From contig MGJK01000011.1 of NCBI GenBank assembly GCA_001794215.1, positions 3,170 to 67,169 on the forward strand: a stretch of 64,000 bases of DNA, in the 5' to 3' direction. The stretch is from Candidatus Yanofskybacteria bacterium RIFCSPHIGHO2_01_FULL_44_24 (lineage in GTDB: Bacteria > Patescibacteriota > Minisyncoccia > 2-02-FULL-40-12 > GWA2-44-9). A program made the translations under genes and the position numbers. This document shows, piece by piece, positions 50,219-57,835 of the stretch. Below the pieces are notes generated by a model that saw only the letters and a list, made by a program, of their open reading frames with translations, was not told where the DNA came from and did not search any database. Position 1 is the stretch's first letter, and the number at the start of each line of letters is the position of its first letter.

Positions 50219-51562
50219 TTATCGGAGGCCGTTCACTATTTTTACAAATTGATCGTTCCGGTCGTACTCGTTACGGAAAAGCCTGCCGAAAGAAGCAAAG
50301 GCCGGACTGAAAAGAATGATATCCCCTCTTTCAGCCATGCCTATCGCCGATTTTATGCAATCTTTCAAATCCCGGCTCCGATGAACGGCTATATTTTTTA
50401 TTTTTAATACTTGGGGTTTTATTTTTTCCGTACCGCTGCCTTCAATCAATACTACGGCCCGGCATCTCTTTTTAACCTCGCTCAAAAGACCGGCCATGTT
50501 CAGCCCTTTATCGGATCCGCCCATGATTAAAACTATGTTCCTCGACCCTGTCAGGTCGAGAGCTTTGAGACCGGCGATAGTCGCCTCTGGAGTAGTGGAA
50601 TTATTATCATTGTATATCTTTATTCCGCGAACTGTATTCAGATATTCAAGCCGACCCGGGACACCCCGGAAATTTTCAACGGCTTTCCTGATTACTGCTT
50701 CTTTTATCCTTAAGGCTCTTCCGACTCCTATGGCTAAGGCGGCATTATCCCTGTTGTGCTCGCCCGGAATTTTTAACTTATAACTTTTCGGGGGATCTTG
50801 AGATGAAACGGCGATAATCCGGCTTTTAATCTTTCGCTTATAGAATTTTCTGATGACCGGTAGGAATTTTCTTTGGGTTACCAAAAAATCCTCCTTATCC
50901 TGATACTTAAAAACATTTGCCTTATCATTAAAGTACTTTTGCATACTGCCCCCGTAGTAATTGAGGTGATCCGGGAAAAAAGTGGTAAAAACTCCGACAT
51001 GGGGGCTGAGCTTCGAATCTCCGAATCCTTGAAGCTGCCAAGAATCCAATTCCAGGACGGCATAATCGCCGGGCTTAGCCTTCTTCAGCAACGGCAAGCT
51101 TGATCCACCTCGTATATTTCCGCCCACAAGCACCGGCCGGCCGGCCTGTTTTAATATACGGGATACGAGAAAGGTTACCGTGGACTTGCCTCTTGTTCCG
51201 GTAATGCCTATTACTTTGGCTCCCGACAGCTTAGCGAACAATGAGGCGTCCATTTCCACGGGAATCTTGTTTTTATGCGCTTCTTTTATATACGGTGAAT
51301 CAAGGGGCACTCCTGCCGCCTTTATAACCATGTCGCAATCTTTGAAATCCTTGAGATCGTGCCGGCCGAGAACATAACGGATGTTTTTGTATCTCTTTAG
51401 CTCCTGAAGACTTTGTTTTAATTCTCTATGGCTTTTAAGATCCGTAACCGTAAGTACGGCTCCGCAATCAGCCAAAAACTTAGCCACGCCGACTCCCCTG
51501 CCAAGAACTCCAAGACCCATCAGGGTTATTTTTTTATTTTTGAAATAAGACTTGTAACTCAT
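50219..51562 (-). CDS. murD: UDP-MurNAc-L-Ala:D-Glu ligase
   Basis: GITGTRGKST, GGNI, LELDSWQL, DHLNY, LFSPAFASF. Confidence 0.95.
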   Translation of the reverse strand: MSYKSYFKNKKITLMGLGVLGRGVGVAKFLADCGAVLTVTDLKSHRELKQSLQELKRYKNIRYVLGRHDLKDFKDCDMVIKAAGVPLDSPYIKEAHKNKIPVEMDASLFAKLSGAKVIGITGTRGKSTVTFLVSRILKQAGRPVLVGGNIRGGSSLPLLKKAKPGDYAVLELDSWQLQGFGDSKLSPHVGVFTTFFPDHLNYYGGSMQKYFNDKANVFKYQDKEDFLVTQRKFLPVIRKFYKRKIKSRIIAVSSQDPPKSYKLKIPGEHNRDNAALAIGVGRALRIKEAVIRKAVENFRGVPGRLEYLNTVRGIKIYNDNNSTTPEATIAGLKALDLTGSRNIVLIMGGSDKGLNMAGLLSEVKKRCRAVVLIEGSGTEKIKPQVLKIKNIAVHRSRDLKDCIKSAIGMAERGDIILFSPAFASFGRLFRNEYDRNDQFVKIVNGLR

Positions 51563-51590
51563 AGCTATTGGCGGAAATTAAAAGGCCGGA

Positions 51591-52148
51591 TTATTCCGGC
51601 ATAGCAAAAAATATATCCATATTTTGAGAGCGCATCTCTTTACCCATTAGAAATTGATGAATACGCATTTTAGTCAACTGACCCCTGTCATCAGTAAAGA
51701 AATCGCAAACTACTTTAATGTAATCGGGTAAATCCAATACTGTTATTGCATTACATTCTCCGGATCCTTCTGCCGGCAATGGCTGAATACTTTCTGCCCA
51801 CATAAGAGCAAGTCGAGGATCGTTGAATAGATATTTAGTGAATATCCCCAATCCATCATCATTATCTCCCTCGTATGGCTTATCACCTGTCAGTGTTTTA
51901 TAGTGTCTATTATCAAGATAGAAATCGATGGTTTTAAAATCTAAAAAGTCTTCTGCGTACTGAACTACTATCCTTTCTTCCCCTGGACTCCAAGGACTTT
52001 TATGTCGTAGTTCCATCTTAGCCGGAAAATAAGACATCCGATAGTACGCCGTACCAGAGCCTCTCGGATAATATTTTCCTGCTCCTTCACCGGTGAATTT
52101 TTTAATCATTAGATCTCTCAAAACATCGCCAAGCCTTACCCCCATCAT
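51591..52148 (-). CDS. Hypothetical protein
   Basis: GGAGGA SD upstream of ATG 52148. Confidence 0.6.
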   Translation of the reverse strand: MMGVRLGDVLRDLMIKKFTGEGAGKYYPRGSGTAYYRMSYFPAKMELRHKSPWSPGEERIVVQYAEDFLDFKTIDFYLDNRHYKTLTGDKPYEGDNDDGLGIFTKYLFNDPRLALMWAESIQPLPAEGSGECNAITVLDLPDYIKVVCDFFTDDRGQLTKMRIHQFLMGKEMRSQNMDIFFAMPE

Positions 52149-52212
52149 ACTCCTCCGCTTTTTAAGTTTGCTGAGATCAGTTAAACATAGCTGGCCCAAT
52201 TCCGCAAGACTA

Positions 52213-52494
52213 TTATCTTAACCTCAACGATCGTAGCCACCGAATAAAATAAGTAATACCAGAAACCACGATAAATGCTCCGAATAGATCTACGGCAAAG
52301 TTAGCTATGGAAAAAGACCGGCAAACTCCCCCATCAGGACAAAGTCCTCCATAAAAATAGAAGCCGAGAGGAAATCCCATGACCTGCGATCCATCATAAG
52401 CCGGGGCATCCGCAGTCATAAAATATGAGACAAATGAAGCGGTTAGAAAAAGTAAAACCGATAAAACAATATCTATTAAAACTTTTTTACTCAT
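52213..52494 (-). CDS. Two-TM hypothetical protein
   Basis: GFP motif and C..GG.C loop between helices. Confidence 0.65.
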   Translation of the reverse strand: MSKKVLIDIVLSVLLFLTASFVSYFMTADAPAYDGSQVMGFPLGFYFYGGLCPDGGVCRSFSIANFAVDLFGAFIVVSGITYFIRWLRSLRLR

Positions 52495-52570
52495 TAGCTA
52501 TTCAAATAAATCTTAGTGGGTTCCGTCGATGCTAATTAGAACCAAGTTGTGCAGAAATTACTGAATTGGG

Positions 52571-52888
52571 CTATTCATTCTCTGAGCCAGCCCCACCTTT
52601 TTCCAACCGTTTTTCGTATTTAGCTAAAACTTTGTCAATTACTTCTTCCAAATCAACATTCAATGAATTTGCAATAGTAACCACAGAATATAGCAAATCA
52701 CCAAGTTCCGATTTCATCTCATCTTTAAATTCTGCCCTCTTTTTCCCATAATCCGTCATTTTAAGCATTTCTTTTGCAACTTCTCCAAGTTCTGATATGG
52801 CATCGAGAATTTTATACTCTGGAGCCGAATCAAGATTATGCTCTTTTGAAAATTCTTTTATTCTTTTTTGCAATTCTTGGATTGTCAT
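52571..52888 (-). CDS. MazG-like nucleotide pyrophosphohydrolase
   Basis: SELGEVAKE...SELGDLLY..ANSLNVDLEE. Confidence 0.9.
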   Translation of the reverse strand: MTIQELQKRIKEFSKEHNLDSAPEYKILDAISELGEVAKEMLKMTDYGKKRAEFKDEMKSELGDLLYSVVTIANSLNVDLEEVIDKVLAKYEKRLEKGGAGSENE

Positions 52889-52912
52889 AAATTATATATT
52901 TTATGGTAGATT

Positions 52913-52932
52913 TGGTGGACCCAAGCGGACTC
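52913..52932 (-). repeat. Detached tRNA-Ala 3' end with encoded CCA
   Basis: GAGTCCGCTTGGGTCCACCA; 18 bp identical to 55782-55799. Confidence 0.85.
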
Positions 52933-52987
52933 CCTCCAAAGACGGACAAGCGAACCGCTCTGTCAATAAATAATGACGGGCCGCTTG

Positions 52988-53162
52988 TGGACCGTACCAG
53001 ATTCGAACCGCTGTCACAACTCTCGCAATCTTCCGATTGCTCGGTCGCGACCCCGTCTCATGGTATCACTCACCAAAAGCTCGTGATACATCATTACGAC
53101 TCTCAATTCTCTCAGAAAGCAAAGCAGTTTGCTTTCTTTCGTGGAATTGAGCCTCCTCATTG
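52988..53162 (-). pseudogene. 3' half of an older, interrupted tRNA-Ala (with structured insert 53015-53150)
   Basis: C-AA-TGAGG-AGG at 53162-53152 and AGCGG-TTCGAAT-CTGGT-ACGGTCC-A at 53012-52988; ACGGTCC pairs with GGGCCGT at 55946 including G3:U70. Confidence 0.7.
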
Positions 53163-53176
53163 TCCCGATAGCAAGG

Positions 53177-53274
53177 GTGGTCTATTCTTGAAATAGTTCG
53201 GACGGTTTTCGCCGCCGCAGGCGGCGAAGAAAGCCCCCCGCGAAATTCCGAAATTGCGGCTCTGCCGCGCCGAT
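53177..53274. repeat. 98-bp perfect inverted repeat A (partner 54085-54182)
   Basis: Base-by-base reverse complement. Confidence 0.95.
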
Positions 53275-53372
53275 GACAATTTCAAGTTTTTCTTTGGCGG
53301 CACAAATTCAATATGAATTTTAATCTAAAAACGCAAAAAATACAAAAAGAAAAAACTCCAGCAACAAGCAGG

Positions 53373-54008
53373 CTACTGGAGTGGGTGTCGGCGAATTTTT
53401 TCCGCCGCGGAAAGAACGTCGTTGGGAATTTCTACTTTTACAATATCGCCTTTCTTGGCGTACTCATTGAGTCTTTCAAGTTCACCGAGAAGTCGACTGA
53501 TTCGACGAGAAGTGAACCACTCTTTGGGCATTGGAAACGCACTACCGTAGACAGTAATTTCAGGAAATTGCTTTCGGAAAGTGGCGCACGACCTTCTCAA
53601 CAGAGGGGGCATGGCGCACAGGATTACCGATTTTGGATTTACTCCGGCATTGCGGCACGCAGACATTCCCAAAAGAACATTTTCGAGAGAGTTTGTAGAT
53701 TCTTTCTCAAGTATCAGGGCTTTTTTAGGAACACCATCGGATTCAATCAACGAAGCGTAAAATTCTGCTTCCGTTGCAAATCCATCTGGAATGGCATCTC
53801 TGCCTCTACCAGAGATGACAATGCGCGGTGCCTTACCTTTTTTCCAAAGTTCTGCGGCATGGTGTGCTACCTGCGGTTCGTAATGACCAAAAACAAAAAT
53901 GGTGTCAGATTGCGGCAAGTCTTTGGTTGGGACGCTTTCGGTCAGAAACTCGGTTACTGTGTCAACGAACGGCTGAATAGTTTTCAAGTCGGCCTCCTTT
54001 GTTTCCAT
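53373..54008 (-). CDS. YdcF/DUF218 (ElyC/SanA-like) protein
   Basis: IFVFG, IVISG, TEAE, LEKESTNSLEN, RR..ATF. Confidence 0.88.
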   Translation of the reverse strand: METKEADLKTIQPFVDTVTEFLTESVPTKDLPQSDTIFVFGHYEPQVAHHAAELWKKGKAPRIVISGRGRDAIPDGFATEAEFYASLIESDGVPKKALILEKESTNSLENVLLGMSACRNAGVNPKSVILCAMPPLLRRSCATFRKQFPEITVYGSAFPMPKEWFTSRRISRLLGELERLNEYAKKGDIVKVEIPNDVLSAAEKIRRHPLQ

Positions 54009-54084
54009 AGGATTAAAAATTTTCTTTTCCCAAAATTAAAATACAGTTCGAGCCGATATTTTTACAGGTTCTTTGGCAATTTTT

Positions 54085-54274
54085 ATCGGCGCGGCAGAGC
54101 CGCAATTTCGGAATTTCGCGGGGGGCTTTCTTCGCCGCCTGCGGCGGCGAAAACCGTCCGAACTATTTCAAGAATAGACCACATTTTAGAAAACCGCAAG
54201 TCATTGGAAGCCGCCTCGCTTTGCTCGGCGGCCAATTCGTATTGAATTTTGGGCGAAAAAATCAGTTGGCGATT
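54085..54274 (-). repeat. 190-bp inverted internal copy of the reconstituted attP / recombinase 3' end
   Basis: 54085-54182 = revcomp of 53177-53274; 54179-54274 = revcomp of 55690-55785; overlap CCAC. Confidence 0.93.
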
Positions 54275-54312
54275 ATGTATTTTTGGGAAAGAAAATTTTT
54301 AATCAAAACCAC

Positions 54313-55809
54313 ATGAAATACATACTTTACGCTCGCAAGAGCACCGAGGATGAAGACAGACAAATTTTAAGCATTGAGGCCCAAGTCTTTGAGTTAAAAG
54401 AATTTGCCGCCAAAGAAAAACTTGAAATTGTCGCCTCTTTTCAAGAGGCAAAAACTGCCAAAGAACCTGGGCGAATTAAATTCGCAGAAATGTTGTCATT
54501 GATTGAAAAGGGTAAGGCCGAGGGCATACTTTCATGGAATCCAGACAGATTGGCAAGAAACAGCGTTGACGGCGGAAGGATAATTCACATGATTGATCGC
54601 GGCTTGATTAAGTCATTGAAATTTCCAACGTTTTGGTTTGAACCGACACCACAGGGTCTATTTATGCTCCAAATTGCTTTTGGCCAAAGTAAATATTACG
54701 TGGATGCTTTACGCGAGAATGTAACGCGTGGAATGAGGCAAAAAGTGAGAAACGGCGTATGGCCAAGCAAAGCTCCGCTCGGCTATCTCAATAATCCGAA
54801 AACCAGAGGAATTGATATTGACAGAGAAAAAGCCCAGAAAGTTAAAAAGATTTTTGAACTTTACGCCACCGGAAGCTACAACTTGCGAGAATTGGCCGAG
54901 TGGTGCAAGCGAATAAATCTTAAAAGCAATTTGGAGTGGAACATCGCCATCTCTCAAGTCCATAAAATACTCCAAAATGTTTTCTACATTGGCTTAATGA
55001 AATACAAAGGTGAAATCTACGAAGCAACCCACGAGCCGTTAATTTTAAAGAAACTTTTTGATAAAGTGCAGGAAATTATGCGAGAGAAAGGAAAACCGCA
55101 AAAAGTGAAGAAACATAATTTTGCTTTTCTTGGCTTAATGAAATGTCCGTGTTCTGCTACGATAACCGCTGAAAAGAAAATCAAGCCAAGTGGCAAAGAA
55201 TATATTTACTATCGTTGCACAAAAAAGAAAGGACCTTGCCAAGAAAAGCACTTTTTGCGGCAGGAAGAACTATACACCCAAATCAAATCTTTTCTTCAAA
55301 AAGTTTCTTTGTCGAGCCACGACACCAAGAAGGTTTTATCTGAATTAGACAAAGAGGAATCACAAGCAAAAGAACAATCAAAAATCACTGTTCAAAATCT
55401 CAAGGCCAGTTTTTCTGAAATTGAAAAGAAGCTTGAAAAACTTCTCGATGTCTATTTGGCCGAAACTATTACCGCCGAAGAATACGTTTCGCGCAAAGAA
55501 AAATTGGTCAAACAAAAGGTCGGTCTGCAAGAGCAAATCCGAGATTTTGAACAGAAAGGCCTGTCGTGGCTCGAACCGGCTCGTGAGTTCGTTTTATCCT
55601 TAAATCAAGCCTCAAAACTGCTTGAATCAGAAAACAAAACAGAAATGACAACATTTCTCAAAAATATCGGCTCGAACTGCATTTTACAGAATCGCCAACT
55701 GATTTTTTCGCCCAAAATTCAATACGAATTGGCCGCCGAGCAAAGCGAGGCGGCTTCCAATGACTTGCGGTTTTCTAAAATGTGGACCCAAGCGGACTCG
55801 AACCGCTGA
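54313..55809 (+). CDS. Large serine recombinase (resolvase + recombinase + Zn-ribbon + coiled coil)
   Basis: YARKSTE..RQ..S, DRLARN, P.GY, HEPLI, KCPC...YYRC; stop lies inside the antisense of tRNA-Ala. Confidence 0.95.
   Translation: MKYILYARKSTEDEDRQILSIEAQVFELKEFAAKEKLEIVASFQEAKTAKEPGRIKFAEMLSLIEKGKAEGILSWNPDRLARNSVDGGRIIHMIDRGLIKSLKFPTFWFEPTPQGLFMLQIAFGQSKYYVDALRENVTRGMRQKVRNGVWPSKAPLGYLNNPKTRGIDIDREKAQKVKKIFELYATGSYNLRELAEWCKRINLKSNLEWNIAISQVHKILQNVFYIGLMKYKGEIYEATHEPLILKKLFDKVQEIMREKGKPQKVKKHNFAFLGLMKCPCSATITAEKKIKPSGKEYIYYRCTKKKGPCQEKHFLRQEELYTQIKSFLQKVSLSSHDTKKVLSELDKEESQAKEQSKITVQNLKASFSEIEKKLEKLLDVYLAETITAEEYVSRKEKLVKQKVGLQEQIRDFEQKGLSWLEPAREFVLSLNQASKLLESENKTEMTTFLKNIGSNCILQNRQLIFSPKIQYELAAEQSEAASNDLRFSKMWTQADSNR
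55690..55785. repeat. 96-bp perfect inverted repeat B (partner 54179-54274)
   Basis: Base-by-base reverse complement. Confidence 0.95.
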
Positions 55810-55855
55810 CCCCCTCATTGCAAATGAGGTGCTCTACCAGCTGAGCTATGGGCCC
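55783..55855 (-). tRNA. tRNA-Ala(TGC)
   Basis: GGGCCCA/TGGGTCC acceptor with G3:U70, CCTCA-TTTGCAA-TGAGG, AGCGG-TTCGAGT-CCGCT. Confidence 0.95.
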
Positions 55856-55911
55856 ACCCTTGCTATCGAGGATCCTCGATTTCACTATTATATTAAAATT
55901 GTAAATCGGGA

Positions 55912-55946
55912 CAAACAAGGCGCTCTACCAGCTAAGCTAACGGCCC
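55912..55946 (-). pseudogene. 5' half of an older tRNA-Ala, ending at anticodon TG
   Basis: GGGCCGTTAGCTTAGCTGGTAGAGCGCCTTGTTTG (positions 1-35) followed directly by TCCCGAT. Confidence 0.8.
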
Positions 55947-55960
55947 CTGCACCCAGAAAG

Positions 55961-56215
55961 CTATGCCAAAGAGTTTTTAATTCTTCGCTTTAGCTGGGTA
56001 TGTGCCTGCGAAAACCTTTTTAAGTTTTCTTCCCGATATTTGGCATCTTTCTCGGATTTATAATACTCGCAATATATCAACTCGTATGGACCCTTATTCT
56101 TGGTGGCTGTACTTTGGTTTTTATTATGTTCTGCTAATCTTCTCTCCAGGTTGGCAGTATAGCCTATATACAACGAGTTATCTTTGAGGCTTTTGATTAA
56201 ATATATACAGAACAT
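55961..56215 (-). CDS. Stand-alone GIY-YIG nuclease
   Basis: IYLIKS..D.SLYIGYT.NLERRL.EHN, A..RE. Confidence 0.93.
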   Translation of the reverse strand: MFCIYLIKSLKDNSLYIGYTANLERRLAEHNKNQSTATKNKGPYELIYCEYYKSEKDAKYREENLKRFSQAHTQLKRRIKNSLA

Positions 56216-56362
56216 AATATTAGCTTCCTGGGTGAGGGGCTAACGGCCCATCATTATTTATCGAGGATCCTCGATCTGACTACTGCAGTCGGTGTGTTTT
56301 ACAAAAAATGTAAAATCGTTTATATTTTATCACAGATTTTTAACATTTAAAAGCGGGGCTCC

Positions 56363-56719
56363 GTGAGCGAAAATCAGAAAGATTCACCCATTACAATCAC
56401 TGAAAAAGCGGCTGAAAAACTTCTCAAGCTGATAAAGGATAAGGATTTAACTCCCGATAAAGCATTCCTCAGAGTTTTCATACACGGAGGCGGATGCTCC
56501 GGATTCCAGTATGGCCTGATGCTCGAAGGCAGTCCTTCGGAAAACGATAAAATTTTTGAATCGAACGGAGCAAAAATCGTAATTGATCCTATCAGCCTCA
56601 GATATCTCAAGGGTGCGGAAGTAGATTTATCAAATGACCTGATGGAAAGTTTCACGATAAAGAATCCTAATGCCAAGTCAACTTGCGGCTGCGGACAGTC
56701 ATTCCAGCCCGAAAATTAA
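56363..56719 (+). CDS. A-type Fe-S carrier (IscA/ErpA/HesB family)
   Basis: GGGCSGFQY, NPNAKSTCGCGQSF. Confidence 0.95.
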   Translation: MSENQKDSPITITEKAAEKLLKLIKDKDLTPDKAFLRVFIHGGGCSGFQYGLMLEGSPSENDKIFESNGAKIVIDPISLRYLKGAEVDLSNDLMESFTIKNPNAKSTCGCGQSFQPEN

Positions 56720-56727
56720 GCAACTCA

Positions 56728-57705
56728 TTAAGAGTTGCTTTTTAAATACCCGAGAACCAATGCCTTTGCTTCGTCGATACTTTTGCTGTCCATCAATTGA
56801 GCCCGCAAATCCTTAGCTCCCGGCCAATCATTGATGTATATTTTGAAAAACCTCTTGAGCGTATCGAAGTTTTTGACGGTGGTCTTATCCTCTCCCTTCC
56901 ATAGTTTTGAAAAATTGTCGCAATGCTGAAGCATCAACTTAATCTTATCTTTCGGCCTGATTGAGTCCGGTTTGATATTTTCGTTGAAAAACCACGGATT
57001 GTTAAATATACCGCGCCCGATCATAATCCCGTCCAATTTATACTCGGATGCTTTTTGTCTTGCTTCCGCCATATCCTTTATATCGCCATTACCGACAACT
57101 AAAGTACCAACGGGCTTGGCCATTTCGGCTATCTTTCCCATCTCATCCCAATGAGCAGGGACAGAGGACATCTCTTTACGGGTCCGCCCATGAACTACAA
57201 GCGCGGCGATCCCCTCTTCGACAAGATGGGGTATCCACGATTCAGTTTCAATTTTATTGTAACCGAGCCGAGTCTTCACCGATATCGGCAAAGAGCCGGC
57301 AACTTGTTTTGCCGCCTTAATTAACGCGCGAGCCAATTTAGGATTTTTTATAAGCGCAGCCCCCGCTCCTTGTTTCTCGATAGACCTGTCCGGGCATCCC
57401 ATATTTATATCAACCCCGTCAAAACCCATTTTTACAGCCATCTCAACGCATCTTTTAAGTTTCTCCGGATCAGCAGTGAAGAACTGAGCAACGATAGGCC
57501 TTTCATTTTTTTCAAAATAAAGCTCGCCCCTGAATTTTTCCGGACCTAAAGCACAGATACCGTCGCATGAAACAAATTCAGTATAGAATACGTCCGGTCT
57601 TCCGGTCTGAATAATTATCTGCCTGAAAGCCCAATCGGTAACATTAGCCATCGGTGCCAGAACCGTAAAAGGCTTATTCAATTTTCCCCAGAAACCATAG
57701 TTCAT
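56728..57705 (-). CDS. tRNA-dihydrouridine synthase
   Basis: LAPMANVTD, DINMGCP, SVKTRLG, HGRT, GNGDI, MIGRG. Confidence 0.95.
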   Translation of the reverse strand: MNYGFWGKLNKPFTVLAPMANVTDWAFRQIIIQTGRPDVFYTEFVSCDGICALGPEKFRGELYFEKNERPIVAQFFTADPEKLKRCVEMAVKMGFDGVDINMGCPDRSIEKQGAGAALIKNPKLARALIKAAKQVAGSLPISVKTRLGYNKIETESWIPHLVEEGIAALVVHGRTRKEMSSVPAHWDEMGKIAEMAKPVGTLVVGNGDIKDMAEARQKASEYKLDGIMIGRGIFNNPWFFNENIKPDSIRPKDKIKLMLQHCDNFSKLWKGEDKTTVKNFDTLKRFFKIYINDWPGAKDLRAQLMDSKSIDEAKALVLGYLKSNS

Positions 57706-57761
57706 AAAAGCACATTAGTATAGAAAAACCCTCCGCCGAGGATTTTTCTATACTACTAATG

Positions 57762-57835
57762 TGCGCATGCCTGGATTTGAACCAGGGACCTCGTCATTAT
57801 CAGTGACGCGCTCTAACCAGCTGAGCTACATGCGC
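57762..57835 (-). tRNA. tRNA-Ile(GAT)
   Basis: GCGCATG/CATGCGC acceptor, CGTCA-CTGATAA-TGACG, CCTGG-TTCAAAT-CCAGG. Confidence 0.95.

Larger units (their letters stand above)
53177..55785. mobile_element. 2.6-kb serine-recombinase integrative element at the tRNA-Ala 3' end
   Basis: GTGG cores at 53177 and 55782; internal inverted attP 54085-54274; recombinase plus YdcF cargo. Confidence 0.85.
53163..55911. mobile_element. TCCCGAT...ATCGAGGATCCTCGAT...ATCGGGA element carrying tRNA-Ala, itself interrupted by the recombinase element
   Basis: Termini at 53163 and 55911; arm CGATAGCAAGGGTGG (53166-53180) is complementary to CCACCCTTGCTATCG (55854-55868). Confidence 0.7.

Noticed and set aside
53313-54245. 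310-aa plus-strand ORF
   Set aside because: Antisense shadow of the YdcF gene running into the inverted repeat; no recognisable motifs.
52915-55799. 18-bp tRNA 3' direct repeat as attL/attR of the serine-recombinase element
   Set aside because: The internal attP and the 53166-53180 / 55854-55868 complementarity place the left junction at 53177; the 52915 copy belongs to an older event.
53163-55911. Self-splicing group I intron in the tRNA-Ala anticodon
   Set aside because: The insertion follows G35 rather than a U, ends in A not G, shows no P7-like core, and without the recombinase element is only ~140 nt consisting mostly of a tRNA.
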